Source: a virus (Duplodnaviria > Heunggongvirae > Uroviricota > Caudoviricetes). Taken from it: a DNA stretch of 57,087 nucleotides. Numbering within the stretch: position 1 is the first letter of the stretch; every line of letters starts with the position of its first letter. Both the position numbers and the translations under genes were made by a program. The notes below the pieces were generated by a model. That model saw only the letters and a list, made by a program, of their open reading frames with translations. It was not told the origin of the DNA and ran no database searches. The stretch covers positions 1 through 57,087 of IMG/VR virus record IMGVR_UViG_2561511241_000005; one strand, written 5' to 3'. Of this stretch, positions 17,764 to 26,871 are shown piece after piece.

Positions 17764-18369
17764 ATGCAAAACCCTAAAAAACCCATAAGACGCCGTTGCA
17801 AGTGCTGCGGCGTTTTTTTTGAGCCTAAATATCATAATCAAACGTGGTGCAGCGATGAATGTCTGGAAGAACTGAAGTTTGACCAGCTATGCCGCGACCG
17901 TGAGAAGGCTATGAAGGCTATGGAGCGGAAGAAACGCCGTGATAGCCAGAGGGAAGAACGCAACCGGAAGCGTAAACAGTTAAATCCGCGTAGTTATTGG
18001 ATCAAACAAGTTCAAAATGTATTTAACGCCTATATTCGCGAACGTGACGCGCGCTTGCCGTGTATATCTTGCGGGACTTACTACGGTGAGCAATGCGGGT
18101 GGGATGCAGGTCATTACAGGACGGTAGCCGCCGCCGGACATCTTCGCTTTAACGAGGATAATTGCCATAAACAATGTAGGCACTGCAACCAGACATTAGA
18201 CGGGAACATAGGAGGGTATCGCCCGGCACTGATTCGAAAAATTGGCCTCGCCAGGGTGGTGGCGCTGGAAAACAACAATGATACGCATAAATGGACGATC
18301 GCAGAATGTAAGGAGCTAATAAACATCTATCAGGCTAAATTGGACGCCTTAAGGAGAAAGGCAGCATGA
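17764..18369 (+). CDS. ninG: NinG/Rap-family recombination protein
   Basis: ATG 17764 with GGGGTGG RBS; about 201 aa; cysteine-rich CKCCG...C..C pattern and position before rusA. Confidence 0.8.
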   Translation: MQNPKKPIRRRCKCCGVFFEPKYHNQTWCSDECLEELKFDQLCRDREKAMKAMERKKRRDSQREERNRKRKQLNPRSYWIKQVQNVFNAYIRERDARLPCISCGTYYGEQCGWDAGHYRTVAAAGHLRFNEDNCHKQCRHCNQTLDGNIGGYRPALIRKIGLARVVALENNNDTHKWTIAECKELINIYQAKLDALRRKAA

Positions 18370-18773
18370 ATGAATATTCTTTTAGCCTGCCTTACCCGCC
18401 ATCGAATAATCGCTATTACCGACATTCGCGCGGTTTTCACTATATCAGCAAAGTGGGGAAGGAATACCGGGAGCAAGTAAGAGACATCATCGAGCTATTA
18501 AATTTAAACATTAACCTATCTTGCCGACTGGCAATCGCCATTTATGCCGCGCCGCCGGATAACCGGATCAGAGATCTGGATAATATCCCCAAATGCCTTT
18601 TTGACAGCCTTACTTATGCCGGATTCTGGACCGACGACGGTCAGATCGATTCTATAAAAATTGTTCGCTGCCGGAAGGCAAAAGGCGGGCGATTGTTTAT
18701 TAAGGTACGCGAGCGCGAAGACCTGTTACCGGATATTGACGAATACGCGACTAATATGTGGGGTGAGCAATGA
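18366..18773 (+). CDS. rusA: RusA Holliday-junction resolvase
   Basis: 135 aa; LPYPPSNNRYYRH...DLDNIPKCLFDSLTYAGFWTDDGQI...KGGRL matches RusA family. Confidence 0.85.
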   Translation: MNEYSFSLPYPPSNNRYYRHSRGFHYISKVGKEYREQVRDIIELLNLNINLSCRLAIAIYAAPPDNRIRDLDNIPKCLFDSLTYAGFWTDDGQIDSIKIVRCRKAKGGRLFIKVREREDLLPDIDEYATNMWGEQ

Positions 18774-18952
18774 AAAACGAAATTAAAGATCTGCAAATAG
18801 ATATTCAGCGTGACGAGCATGATTTAGCTACAGTCCGACAAATCCAGGCTTTTCATATGCGCGAATTGCTTGCATTGAAAGAGCTTGAGAGAAAGTTAGT
18901 TCAGTCTATTTCTGATCGTAAACACCTTATTGCTCGTTACGGGGGCAAATAA
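18770..18952 (+). CDS. hypothetical protein
   Basis: 60 aa coiled-coil-like ORF, translationally coupled. Confidence 0.5.
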   Translation: MKNEIKDLQIDIQRDEHDLATVRQIQAFHMRELLALKELERKLVQSISDRKHLIARYGGK

Positions 18953-19680
18953 TGAATCTGGAATCAATTCTTAAATTCCACTTCCCGAAATCACCGCGTT
19001 TGTCAGATGAAAGCCGGGGAACGTCCCCGGATGCGCTTAATACTACTGATGCGCTAACTGCCGCAGGAATGGCGCAATCGCGCGTAGAGCTTGGCTATAG
19101 CGCTTTTTTAGGGAAGATGGAACTATCACAAGCCGAAAAACATAAGGCCGTAGTTTTGCTTACAGAGCGTTTAAGGGCTATGGCAAAAGATTATGAATAC
19201 GTTATGGAACTGGACGAGGCCAAACGCAATGATCTCATTATTCTTGTTGCCGTTTTCGCGTTTCGGGATTACTGCCAGAGTGCAGCGACCGAAAAAGTTT
19301 GCCCTACGTGCTGCGGTCACGGGCATTTACCAAAACCATATGGCGAATACACATCAACAATTTGCGCACGGTGCGGCGGCAAAGGCTACGTTAAAAACCA
19401 TTGCCAACGTTGCAAGGGGCGCGGCGAAGTACCGGATAAAACAGCCAGCGAAGCGGCGGAAATGCCAGTATTCAAAACGTGCCAGCATTGCGGCGGGCGC
19501 GGGTACTCGCGTTTCCCTGTAGATCTCGTCCGGCAGGCGGTTAATCAGCTTGTTTTTCCGGTAAGCCGATCAACCTGGTGGAAGAAATACCGGGTTTTCT
19601 ATGAAGACGCCATAGCGGAGCTATTCAAAGAAGAGGCCCGCGCGGAAAGTGAGATTAAACGAGTGACACGGGGTGAATAA
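18952..19680 (+). CDS. Q-like late antiterminator candidate with four DnaJ-type CxxCxGxG zinc-finger repeats
   Basis: 242 aa; CPTCCGHG, CARCGGKG, CQRCKGRG, CQHCGGRG repeats; located after ninG/rusA. Confidence 0.45.
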   Translation: MNLESILKFHFPKSPRLSDESRGTSPDALNTTDALTAAGMAQSRVELGYSAFLGKMELSQAEKHKAVVLLTERLRAMAKDYEYVMELDEAKRNDLIILVAVFAFRDYCQSAATEKVCPTCCGHGHLPKPYGEYTSTICARCGGKGYVKNHCQRCKGRGEVPDKTASEAAEMPVFKTCQHCGGRGYSRFPVDLVRQAVNQLVFPVSRSTWWKKYRVFYEDAIAELFKEEARAESEIKRVTRGE

Positions 19681-19883
19681 TGGATAAGCTGGAAATAAAC
19701 GATCAGTTTGCTGTTATCTTATTTCAAGATAAAACAGGCGGCGCATGGTGTAAGAAAGTCACTGGTGCGGAAGCGCGTTTAATATTGGGTATGGCAAGCG
19801 CGTTAAATGAAGGCGAATTGCCAGCCATCCCTATTAAGCCTGTCAAAATTTACAAGCGGGGTGATGATCATGAAAATAATTAA
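19680..19883 (+). CDS. hypothetical protein
   Basis: 67 aa ORF. Confidence 0.45.
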   Translation: MDKLEINDQFAVILFQDKTGGAWCKKVTGAEARLILGMASALNEGELPAIPIKPVKIYKRGDDHENN

Positions 19884-20217
19884 TATTGGTTGGTTGTATT
19901 GCGAAAACTGCGACGACGACGGCATGGTCGTTAAGACTGAAAAAGGCTGCGGCTTCTTTCTGTATCAAGGAGATAAGTTTGTTTGTCCGCGATGCGGTGG
20001 TCATGGTGAGATAGAAATTATTGAAGATAACGCCGCAGCGCCAGAGCCAGAACGCATTGTTCTTGATGAAAAAATAAAAATTCATCCTGATTTATTACAA
20101 CAAATTATCGATCACGTATCGGCAGCCGCAATCTACAGTGATAACAATTATCAGCGTGAAATGAACGTCAAGCGTGCGCTTGAGCAGTATTTTAAGGGTG
20201 ACGATGATGAAGCCTAA
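19870..20217 (+). CDS. hypothetical zinc-ribbon protein
   Basis: ATG 19870 with GGGGTGA RBS; CENC...CPRCGGHG cysteine pairs. Confidence 0.5.
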   Translation: MKIINIGWLYCENCDDDGMVVKTEKGCGFFLYQGDKFVCPRCGGHGEIEIIEDNAAAPEPERIVLDEKIKIHPDLLQQIIDHVSAAAIYSDNNYQREMNVKRALEQYFKGDDDEA

Positions 20218-20476
20218 ATTAAAAGAACATCTATTTGCAAAGCTGGTTAATGATCTGACATTATCCGCGCGGTTGTGCCGTGATACACAACAATTGAGGG
20301 CGTGGATAGCAAGGGATTTAAAAAAATATATTGAGCCTGGCGGGCAAGGTGGCGAAATGACTATGGACAAGGCCATCAAGCGCCGTTCGGCTGATTGGTC
20401 AGTTAGTAATACTGGGTTAACCGGATACATTGAAGGCTATAACGACTGTTTACAGGATCATAGCGATGAAAAGTAA
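20204..20476 (+). CDS. hypothetical protein
   Basis: ATG 20204 with AAGGGTG RBS. Confidence 0.45.
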   Translation: MMKPKLKEHLFAKLVNDLTLSARLCRDTQQLRAWIARDLKKYIEPGGQGGEMTMDKAIKRRSADWSVSNTGLTGYIEGYNDCLQDHSDEK

Positions 20477-20777
20477 ACACCTGCATTTAAATTTAAAAGG
20501 AGAATACTTCCACGCTATCCGTGCGGGAAAGAAGGTGGAGGAATACCGGCTTTATAATGATTATTGGCGTAAACGCCTGGAAGGGCGGGAATATGAACGC
20601 CTGATCATTAAGCTGGGGTATCCAGCCAGCCACGAAGCACACCGGATTATAAACCTGCCTTATTTTGGCTATGAAGTTAAAACTATCACACATCCATTGT
20701 TCGGCCCTGATCCTGTTAAGGTATTCGCAATTAAATGTGATGTGAATTGGATGCTAAGAGGTGAAAATGAAAAGTAA
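20466..20777 (+). CDS. ASCH-like (PUA-fold) domain protein
   Basis: N-terminal LKGEYFHAIRAGKKVEEYR resembles ASCH domain start. Confidence 0.4.
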   Translation: MKSKHLHLNLKGEYFHAIRAGKKVEEYRLYNDYWRKRLEGREYERLIIKLGYPASHEAHRIINLPYFGYEVKTITHPLFGPDPVKVFAIKCDVNWMLRGENEK

Positions 20778-20982
20778 CCGTAAACGCCTTGTAAGGGCGT
20801 ACGACAAAGCATTAAAGGCTTTTGATGATCTACGACACAATAAACGCCAGCGCCGCAAATGGGCGCGTATGCTTGTTTATGAGTGGCATTATTCTGATGC
20901 TTTTATGGAAAGTGCGCCGCTATTAACACAAGAACAAGCCGACGAAGTAGCTAACGATAACGTTTATTATATGATGTGGTGA
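20767..20982 (+). CDS. hypothetical protein, paralog A of tandem pair
   Basis: MKSNRKRLVRAYDKALKAFDD...DNVYYMMW; paralogous to next ORF. Confidence 0.5.
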   Translation: MKSNRKRLVRAYDKALKAFDDLRHNKRQRRKWARMLVYEWHYSDAFMESAPLLTQEQADEVANDNVYYMMW

Positions 20983-20986
20983 TAAT

Positions 20987-21208
20987 ATGAAAAGTAACCG
21001 TAAGCGCATGATAAGAGCATATGATAAAGCGTTAATGGAATTTGACATACTACCACGCAGCAAGCGCCACCGCCGCCAATTTGCGAGATATATTTTTCAT
21101 ATATGGCACGATGCTGATTTCTTTTTTGATGCCAGATATATAACACAGGAAGATGCTGATAATATAGCTTACGATAACGTTTACTACATAATGAGTGAGT
21201 GTAATTAA
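20987..21208 (+). CDS. hypothetical protein, paralog B of tandem pair
   Basis: MKSNRKRMIRAYDKALMEFD...DNVYYIMSECN; GGTGA RBS. Confidence 0.5.
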   Translation: MKSNRKRMIRAYDKALMEFDILPRSKRHRRQFARYIFHIWHDADFFFDARYITQEDADNIAYDNVYYIMSECN

Positions 21209-21209
21209 T

Positions 21210-21575
21210 ATGCAAATAATCATTGATTACCTTTGCCACGCTGTAAATACTCTTTTCGGTTTTTATCAACAACCATTCCTCAAAGAATGGGATGATATGC
21301 TAAATGACATCCTCGATAAAGGCTTAATAATGGAGGTTGACGAGCTTACAATCAAATTTAATTATGATGGTGAAATTTATCTAATTTGGGTCGGGAATAG
21401 ATGGTATTCATACGGTCATATTTATTCAATTGGCAATAAATACATTAAAAGGGGGCAAGAATTCAGACCACGCTTCCGCACAATGCGCCGCCTGCATAAC
21501 CTGCATATAAATCTATTTGAAGATCAGGAAGCACGGGAATTATTCAAAATTTACGGGGGTAAACAATGGAGTTAA
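21210..21575 (+). CDS. hypothetical protein
   Basis: 121 aa from ATG 21210. Confidence 0.45.
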   Translation: MQIIIDYLCHAVNTLFGFYQQPFLKEWDDMLNDILDKGLIMEVDELTIKFNYDGEIYLIWVGNRWYSYGHIYSIGNKYIKRGQEFRPRFRTMRRLHNLHINLFEDQEARELFKIYGGKQWS

Positions 21576-21796
21576 AGATCTGGTGTGCTATTGATGTTGT
21601 TGACAACGAATTAAGCATGTTTGCAACTGATGGAAAGCGCGTGGTGATCGCTACATGGACGCGCAATCATGATGATATTGTTTTTCGTCGCAAGGCTGCG
21701 GAGTGGCTTTTCTCTGATGACGGCTACACGATGAATATCGCACAGCTTGCCAGGATGAAAGATGAAATACTGACTGACAGCTACACAACAGCGTAA
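21566..21796 (+). CDS. hypothetical protein
   Basis: 76 aa ORF with RBS. Confidence 0.5.
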   Translation: MELKIWCAIDVVDNELSMFATDGKRVVIATWTRNHDDIVFRRKAAEWLFSDDGYTMNIAQLARMKDEILTDSYTTA

Positions 21797-21806
21797 CGGG
21801 GTAAAT

Positions 21807-22037
21807 ATGCGTATCTATGAGCACAAGCGGGATAAGACCCGCTTTTTTGTTCGTGCTGGCGTTGCGTACCAGTATCACGAATGCGGATATATTGAGGCGC
21901 TTGCTTACGATCTGGACTTCGAACAAGAAAAGGAATGGTTTGATTTTAAAGTTTACCGGAAGCGTAAACCGTCGCGCGACGAGCGCCACGCTATCCGGGA
22001 CTTTTTAATCAGCATTGAACGATGGGATACAGAGTAA
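21807..22037 (+). CDS. hypothetical protein
   Basis: 76 aa ORF with RBS. Confidence 0.5.
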   Translation: MRIYEHKRDKTRFFVRAGVAYQYHECGYIEALAYDLDFEQEKEWFDFKVYRKRKPSRDERHAIRDFLISIERWDTE

Positions 22038-22330
22038 TGAGAGCGAAGAAAATGGCAGACAAGAAAGCGTTAGTTATTGCCACAACGGATGTATCGTTAT
22101 TTACGAAGGGCGAAGAAATAGATCTTAAATTGCTTTTTGGCATGTTTGAGCCACACGAAAAGCCGTGGTTCGTACATGAAGATAAACAAGGCAATATGCG
22201 CGTTGTAGTGCCGGACAAAAACAGCGACATATTTTTTGCTATTCCAGACCCATTACATGACGGTGAAATGCTGGCGGTATTGTTGGTCACTGATGCTGTT
22301 ACTTACAAGGGAAAAAAACATGAAAGTTAA
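22037..22330 (+). CDS. hypothetical protein
   Basis: ORF; start uncertain (22022, 22037 or 22052). Confidence 0.45.
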   Translation: MRAKKMADKKALVIATTDVSLFTKGEEIDLKLLFGMFEPHEKPWFVHEDKQGNMRVVVPDKNSDIFFAIPDPLHDGEMLAVLLVTDAVTYKGKKHES

Positions 22331-22547
22331 ATTCTTGCACGATCACGGTTATCCGTCACTGAAACAGGTTGTTGGTAAGGTCGTGAAAGTGGTTCATAGT
22401 GATAATGTTACTTGCATGATTAACGGTGCTGATCTAATAGCCGCTGGCGCTGATGACCATTACATCAATCCTGCGTGGTCGTATACGTTCAGCCTTGCCG
22501 ACTTCGTTGGCGACAAGGGGCGCGGGCTGGAAGTAGTCGAGGGTTAA
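22320..22547 (+). CDS. hypothetical protein
   Basis: 75 aa from ATG 22320. Confidence 0.45.
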   Translation: MKVKFLHDHGYPSLKQVVGKVVKVVHSDNVTCMINGADLIAAGADDHYINPAWSYTFSLADFVGDKGRGLEVVEG

Positions 22548-22551
22548 CATC

Positions 22552-22800
22552 ATGGACGTTTACGAAGATCTATACCTCCAGACAAACACTCGCACTTTTT
22601 ATTTCCTGAAAAACGGCGTCGTATATCGCAGTGACGACGGGGTAATAATGAAAGAGTGGTTATTCAAGCGTAAAGACCTACTCGACGATCTGGTTTTTTC
22701 CGGGATATTCCGTAAACGTCCGGCTAACCTGGAAGAAGAAATGTTGATCGAGGTAATTAAAAATGAAAATCAGGGTAAGTTATTTCCGGGCGAAAGATAA
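22552..22800 (+). CDS. hypothetical protein
   Basis: 82 aa, GAGGG RBS. Confidence 0.5.
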   Translation: MDVYEDLYLQTNTRTFYFLKNGVVYRSDDGVIMKEWLFKRKDLLDDLVFSGIFRKRPANLEEEMLIEVIKNENQGKLFPGER

Positions 22801-23014
22801 GGCAACAGGAAAGCAGGTGGCGATCCTGGTTAACGAGGCCAATTACATGTTTGTGCTTCAGCCGTGGTGCGTAGCTGACTATAACGATAATTATCGTCGC
22901 CACGGCGTGCGTGGTGCTGTAGGCATGAAAGGCTGGCAACCGCGCGACATGGAAAGCTATTGTGAATGGAAGCTGATAGCAAAATACACGGTCGATTATA
23001 AAGGGGTTTTCTGA
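22763..23014 (+). CDS. hypothetical protein
   Basis: 83 aa, GAGGT RBS. Confidence 0.5.
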   Translation: MKIRVSYFRAKDKATGKQVAILVNEANYMFVLQPWCVADYNDNYRRHGVRGAVGMKGWQPRDMESYCEWKLIAKYTVDYKGVF

Positions 23015-23016
23015 TT

Positions 23017-23232
23017 ATGTTTGCAAGATGTGTTTGTTCTGATACTCCGTTCTTTACTGTTGGGGAGTCATACAGCGTTGAGCTTCTTAATGGGTGCAAG
23101 CGCGGTGCTGGCGGTATTCATTATGTAAAAGATAATGATGGCGATGCGTGGCAATTTTACGGCGATCATGCAAAAGGGGTTGTTAAGGGTAGTTTTGATA
23201 ATCGTGTAATGGCGCGTTTCGTTAAGTGGTGA
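23017..23232 (+). CDS. hypothetical protein
   Basis: 71 aa, AAAGGGG RBS. Confidence 0.5.
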   Translation: MFARCVCSDTPFFTVGESYSVELLNGCKRGAGGIHYVKDNDGDAWQFYGDHAKGVVKGSFDNRVMARFVKW

Positions 23233-23241
23233 GGTAGTGTC

Positions 23242-23481
23242 ATGAGCCGGAATCAGAGATACCAGTGCACATATTCACGATGTAGCGCGTTTTTTAAGAA
23301 TGGCAATATCTACGAAGTCGGCGCGGCATTGGTTGACGCAAAGAATCAGGAATATATTCACGCCATTACTGACGACCAGGGCCAGCTATGGCGCTTTTAC
23401 AAAATGGGGTGCGGGACGGCGCTTGTTTATTCCCGTGCTGGTGGTGGTGCTTTTGCTGCGTTTTCGTATGTGGGGGTATGA
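23242..23481 (+). CDS. hypothetical protein
   Basis: 79 aa, GAGGT RBS. Confidence 0.5.
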   Translation: MSRNQRYQCTYSRCSAFFKNGNIYEVGAALVDAKNQEYIHAITDDQGQLWRFYKMGCGTALVYSRAGGGAFAAFSYVGV

Positions 23482-23483
23482 AA

Positions 23484-23699
23484 ATGATTTTAACGTGTCA
23501 CGGATCTGATCTTGATTGTTTCGAAGACGGTTGCCAGTACGAAGCGGAAAAGCCAGGCGGATTACCAAAAAATCCGTTTTTAGTCGTTACAGACGCTTAC
23601 GGTCACTTATGGTATGCAGCGCCCAGCAAGGCGCGCGGCTGGTGGCTGATTCAGAATGACGATCGCGATGTTGTAGTTGCCTTCAGACAGGATGAATAA
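23484..23699 (+). CDS. hypothetical protein
   Basis: 71 aa from ATG 23484. Confidence 0.45.
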   Translation: MILTCHGSDLDCFEDGCQYEAEKPGGLPKNPFLVVTDAYGHLWYAAPSKARGWWLIQNDDRDVVVAFRQDE

Positions 23700-23799
23700 A
23701 AAGCGTGATCTACTCCGCAAAGTATACAAAATGGCATTGTTACGGCAGTGCCGTTTTGTTATATATAAGTCAAGGAAAGACGGAAGTGGAGACAAGAAA

Positions 23800-23940
23800 A
23801 TGAACGCAAACGCTAAATATCCGGCCTGGGTCTTTGAACTATACGCCCGCTATTTTGAAGAACTGGCACCAGGTGAAGAAGCATTAAGCATTGACGAATA
23901 CGCGGAGTGTTTAGGATTCAAGGGGGACGAAGAAGAATAA
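23800..23940 (+). CDS. small hypothetical protein (46 aa)
   Basis: ATG 23800 with GGAG RBS downstream of inverted-repeat motif; alternative longer start at 23692. Confidence 0.3.
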   Translation: MNANAKYPAWVFELYARYFEELAPGEEALSIDEYAECLGFKGDEEE

Positions 23941-23983
23941 AACACGGGGCCGGATGGCCCCATCAAACCAGAAGGGTGTAATT

Positions 23984-24283
23984 ATGAAAAGCGCTAAATT
24001 TATTGCTTGCTGTTTTGTTGAAGTCCCTAACGATGATGTTTTCTGCAATTATGAATTTAAAGACAGCTTAGGCAGATCTCATGTTGTTGTTGGTAAGCGC
24101 GGCGATTGGTTATATATAACCGATGACGATATGATTTTTACCAGAAATCAACTATTTCACATACACTCAGTAAATAATTATGCGCCAGTTGCCGCTATAT
24201 CCACAATGGATATGCATTCTAATATGTGGCTTGAAAAGGACACCGTGCATAAAGCGCGTAGCTTACCTGGTGCGGAGTATTAA
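23984..24283 (+). CDS. hypothetical protein
   Basis: 99 aa from ATG 23984 with AAGGGTG RBS. Confidence 0.5.
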   Translation: MKSAKFIACCFVEVPNDDVFCNYEFKDSLGRSHVVVGKRGDWLYITDDDMIFTRNQLFHIHSVNNYAPVAAISTMDMHSNMWLEKDTVHKARSLPGAEY

Positions 24284-24285
24284 TT

Positions 24286-24543
24286 ATGGTTGTATTTAGA
24301 CTATGGCGCGGAGTTAGTAGGCTTGATGGTGAATACAGCCGCGTTATTGAAGATGTTAACCGTGGGCGTTTTTATGAACTGGCATACAATGAGGAATTGG
24401 AAAAAACATACTTGAATGAATCTCTCCCCATGTGGCGAAAAATGGCTGGTGAAATAGCTTTCGCAATGCTCTACGGGTTTTATACAGATCATAACACGCT
24501 AATTGACGCCGAACTGGTGACGACTCTTTACGAAGGAGAATAA
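24286..24543 (+). CDS. hypothetical protein
   Basis: 85 aa, GGAG RBS. Confidence 0.5.
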   Translation: MVVFRLWRGVSRLDGEYSRVIEDVNRGRFYELAYNEELEKTYLNESLPMWRKMAGEIAFAMLYGFYTDHNTLIDAELVTTLYEGE

Positions 24544-24546
24544 ACA

Positions 24547-24870
24547 ATGACTAAATTTATCAGCGTTAAAGTTTTCCGTGGCACTATTTCAGAAGATGAA
24601 AAAAATGGCAAATTCGCCGGGCAACCTGGCGCATGTTTCCGTGTAGCCACTGAAGACGACGCGCACGTTAAATGCTTTCACGTATCGGAGCCGCCTTTTG
24701 ATGCAAAACACCTTGAAGATCTAAATAAAGTCAGAGGCTTTGTTTTTGCTTCGCTGGTGCTTAATCCTTTCCCTGAAAACGAAGTCGAATTAATTGGCGC
24801 GGAAAAGATCGCTGAATACAAAATAACAGAATCGGAAGACGGGGGATCGAAAATTGAGCGGATTGTATAA
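24547..24870 (+). CDS. hypothetical protein
   Basis: 107 aa, AAGGAG RBS. Confidence 0.5.
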   Translation: MTKFISVKVFRGTISEDEKNGKFAGQPGACFRVATEDDAHVKCFHVSEPPFDAKHLEDLNKVRGFVFASLVLNPFPENEVELIGAEKIAEYKITESEDGGSKIERIV

Positions 24871-25102
24871 GGTGTACAAAATCCGGTGTAAGGGCGAATA
24901 CCTGGGCTTTACAACCGGATGCGAATACCTGGGCCACATTGGGTACGGCCCTTTCGGTGAGTTAGGTATGAATACGATTGATGACGAGGGCGACAGCCGG
25001 ACGATTGATCTTGATTCTGATGATTTCGAATACATCCCGCCAGTGACTTACCGTGCTGTTGATGATTTCCTGGCTGAACATGAAGACGAGGAGGATGATT
25101 AA

Positions 25103-25231
25103 ATGGAAGAGTGGTATAAAATTTTATTAATCATGTTTCTTTCTGAAAATTGGGCGCTATTTGAGCGTTTTTGCGAGGAACATGGTGAAGACCCTAACGA
25201 TATTTATCACGATCTTGGGGGTGAAGATGAT
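25103..25231 (+). CDS. small hypothetical protein (42 aa)
   Basis: GAGGAGG RBS; MEEWYKILLIMFLSENWALFERF... Confidence 0.3.
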
Positions 25232-25427
25232 TGAATGCCTTATTGCTGTGATTGTTTTGCTTTATATCGCTGGCGCGATCCTGATGTCATGTTTTATTAA
25301 GTTTAGCGGTGCCGAACCTGGTGGACTTGAGATTCCTTTTTGGCCTGTGACTGTTTTTATCGCTTTCTTCGACGCTACGGCAGAGCAAATCAGGCGAGCC
25401 ATTAAGGAGCGTAAAAATGGGAAATAG
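25227..25427 (+). CDS. small membrane protein
   Basis: ATG 25227 with GGGGGTGA RBS; two hydrophobic segments. Confidence 0.4.
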   Translation: MIECLIAVIVLLYIAGAILMSCFIKFSGAEPGGLEIPFWPVTVFIAFFDATAEQIRRAIKERKNGK

Positions 25428-25614
25428 CGACCATGAATATGATGGCGTTTATCAGTCATTGGCTACGCGAGCTTATTACCGCCTCGAAGGTGAGCACGTT
25501 TTGATGCGCCTCGGTAGTCTTGATCGGTGGCATGAGCCATTTTTACCTATGACAGCGAAAGAAGTTATCACGATGGTTAATCATAGATACTGGCGCAAGG
25601 TTGGTGATTTGTAA
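25417..25614 (+). CDS. hypothetical protein
   Basis: 65 aa ORF. Confidence 0.45.
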   Translation: MGNSDHEYDGVYQSLATRAYYRLEGEHVLMRLGSLDRWHEPFLPMTAKEVITMVNHRYWRKVGDL

Positions 25615-25676
25615 CCATAATCGCGCATAAAAAACAAATAGATTAAAATATTTCCTAACAATGCGAAATTGTAATT

Positions 25677-25705
25677 ACCCGGCACCGCGCCGGGTTTTTG
25701 CTTTG
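25677..25705 (+). terminator. Rho-independent terminator immediately upstream of lysis genes (tR'-like)
   Basis: ACCCGGC-accgc-GCCGGGT hairpin followed by TTTTT. Confidence 0.5.
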
Positions 25706-25719
25706 TTGGAGGTAAATCT

Positions 25720-25920
25720 ATGTTCGACAGAATACGGGAGGCGTGCGCGTATGTGACTGGGGCCGTAACTGCTTTTTTCGGCGCGATAACCATCAATGAT
25801 ATTGCCGTCTTTGTGGGTATCTTATCAACCATAGGCACATTTGCCGTTAACTATTACTTCAAATCACAGGAGAACAAGCGAGCGCAAGAGGAACACGACG
25901 CGCGAATGGGGAATAAGTAA
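25720..25920 (+). CDS. Class II holin (pinholin-like, two TM domains)
   Basis: 66 aa; two hydrophobic helices then charged C-terminus; GGAGG RBS; directly upstream of SAR endolysin. Confidence 0.7.
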   Translation: MFDRIREACAYVTGAVTAFFGAITINDIAVFVGILSTIGTFAVNYYFKSQENKRAQEEHDARMGNK

Positions 25921-25921
25921 C

Positions 25922-26413
25922 ATGATTAGCCAATCGCTGAAGAATAAGATTATTGCTGCGGCGGCTGGTGGGGCGATCGCTATTGCGGCGGTGATGGTTA
26001 AACCATTAGAGGGCGTGGAGTACGATCCCTATCGTGATGTTATCGGCGTATGGACAGTTTGCTATGGTCACACCGGAAAAGACATCATGCTTGGTAAGAC
26101 TTACACGCAATCAGAATGCGATGCTTTGTTAAACAAGGATCTCCACAAAACCGCAAAAGCGATTGACCCATATATTAAAGTCGAAATATCAGATTTTACC
26201 CGCGCGGCGCTTTATTCATTCGCCTATAACGTAGGCGCTACCAACTTCAAAACATCAACCTTATTGAAGCTACTCAATGACGGCAAGAAATCAGAGGCGT
26301 GCGCACAGCTTAAACGCTGGGTATACGCTGGCGGTAAGAAGTGGCAAGGCCTGGTTAACCGCCGTGATGTTGAATATGCCGTTTGCGAATGGGGTGAAAC
26401 ATGGACAAGGTGA
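25922..26413 (+). CDS. SAR endolysin (T4-lysozyme-type muramidase with N-terminal signal-arrest-release domain)
   Basis: ATG 25922; N-terminal Gly/Ala-rich weakly hydrophobic helix [17 protein letters not shown]; E-x8-D-x5-T catalytic pattern [22 protein letters not shown]. Confidence 0.85.
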   Translation: MISQSLKNKIIAAAAGGAIAIAAVMVKPLEGVEYDPYRDVIGVWTVCYGHTGKDIMLGKTYTQSECDALLNKDLHKTAKAIDPYIKVEISDFTRAALYSFAYNVGATNFKTSTLLKLLNDGKKSEACAQLKRWVYAGGKKWQGLVNRRDVEYAVCEWGETWTR

Positions 26414-26871
26414 AGACGGTAATTATCGCCGCTATCGTTTGTGTCGTTGTTGGGCTTGTTGCCGCGCTTAGTCACTGCCAGTCAGTGATAAACACAATGC
26501 AAAGCGAGCTAACTACTACACAGGGCGCACTAAAAACAGCAAGTAACACTATTCAGCAGATGAAGGAGCGAAACGCCGAACTGTCAAAACTTGATAAGAG
26601 GTATCACGATGAAATTAAAGCTATCAGATCTGACATTGCTGATCTGCGTGCTGGTATTGATAGCGGTGCTATCCGGTTGCACGTCAACGCAATACCCGTG
26701 CGAGTGTCAGACGCCACCGGAACCGCCAGCAGCATTGATGGAGCCGCCTGTAGACTCACTCCCGACGCTGAATCGGCTTATCTATCCCTCAGAGAACAAC
26801 TAAAAGAGAAAGACGCGAAGATCACCGGATTGCAGGACTACATCAAGACGCAGTGCATACGCAAAGAATAA
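26401..26871 (+). CDS. Rz-like inner-membrane spanin
   Basis: 156 aa; N-terminal TM helix then coiled-coil periplasmic domain; overlaps endolysin end. Confidence 0.75.
   Translation: MDKVKTVIIAAIVCVVVGLVAALSHCQSVINTMQSELTTTQGALKTASNTIQQMKERNAELSKLDKRYHDEIKAIRSDIADLRAGIDSGAIRLHVNAIPVRVSDATGTASSIDGAACRLTPDAESAYLSLREQLKEKDAKITGLQDYIKTQCIRKE
26609..26803 (+). CDS. Rz1-like outer-membrane lipoprotein spanin embedded in Rz
   Basis: ATG 26609 with AGAGG RBS; lipobox LSGC; proline-rich mature region; alternate frame inside Rz. Confidence 0.75.
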   Translation: MKLKLSDLTLLICVLVLIAVLSGCTSTQYPCECQTPPEPPAALMEPPVDSLPTLNRLIYPSENN

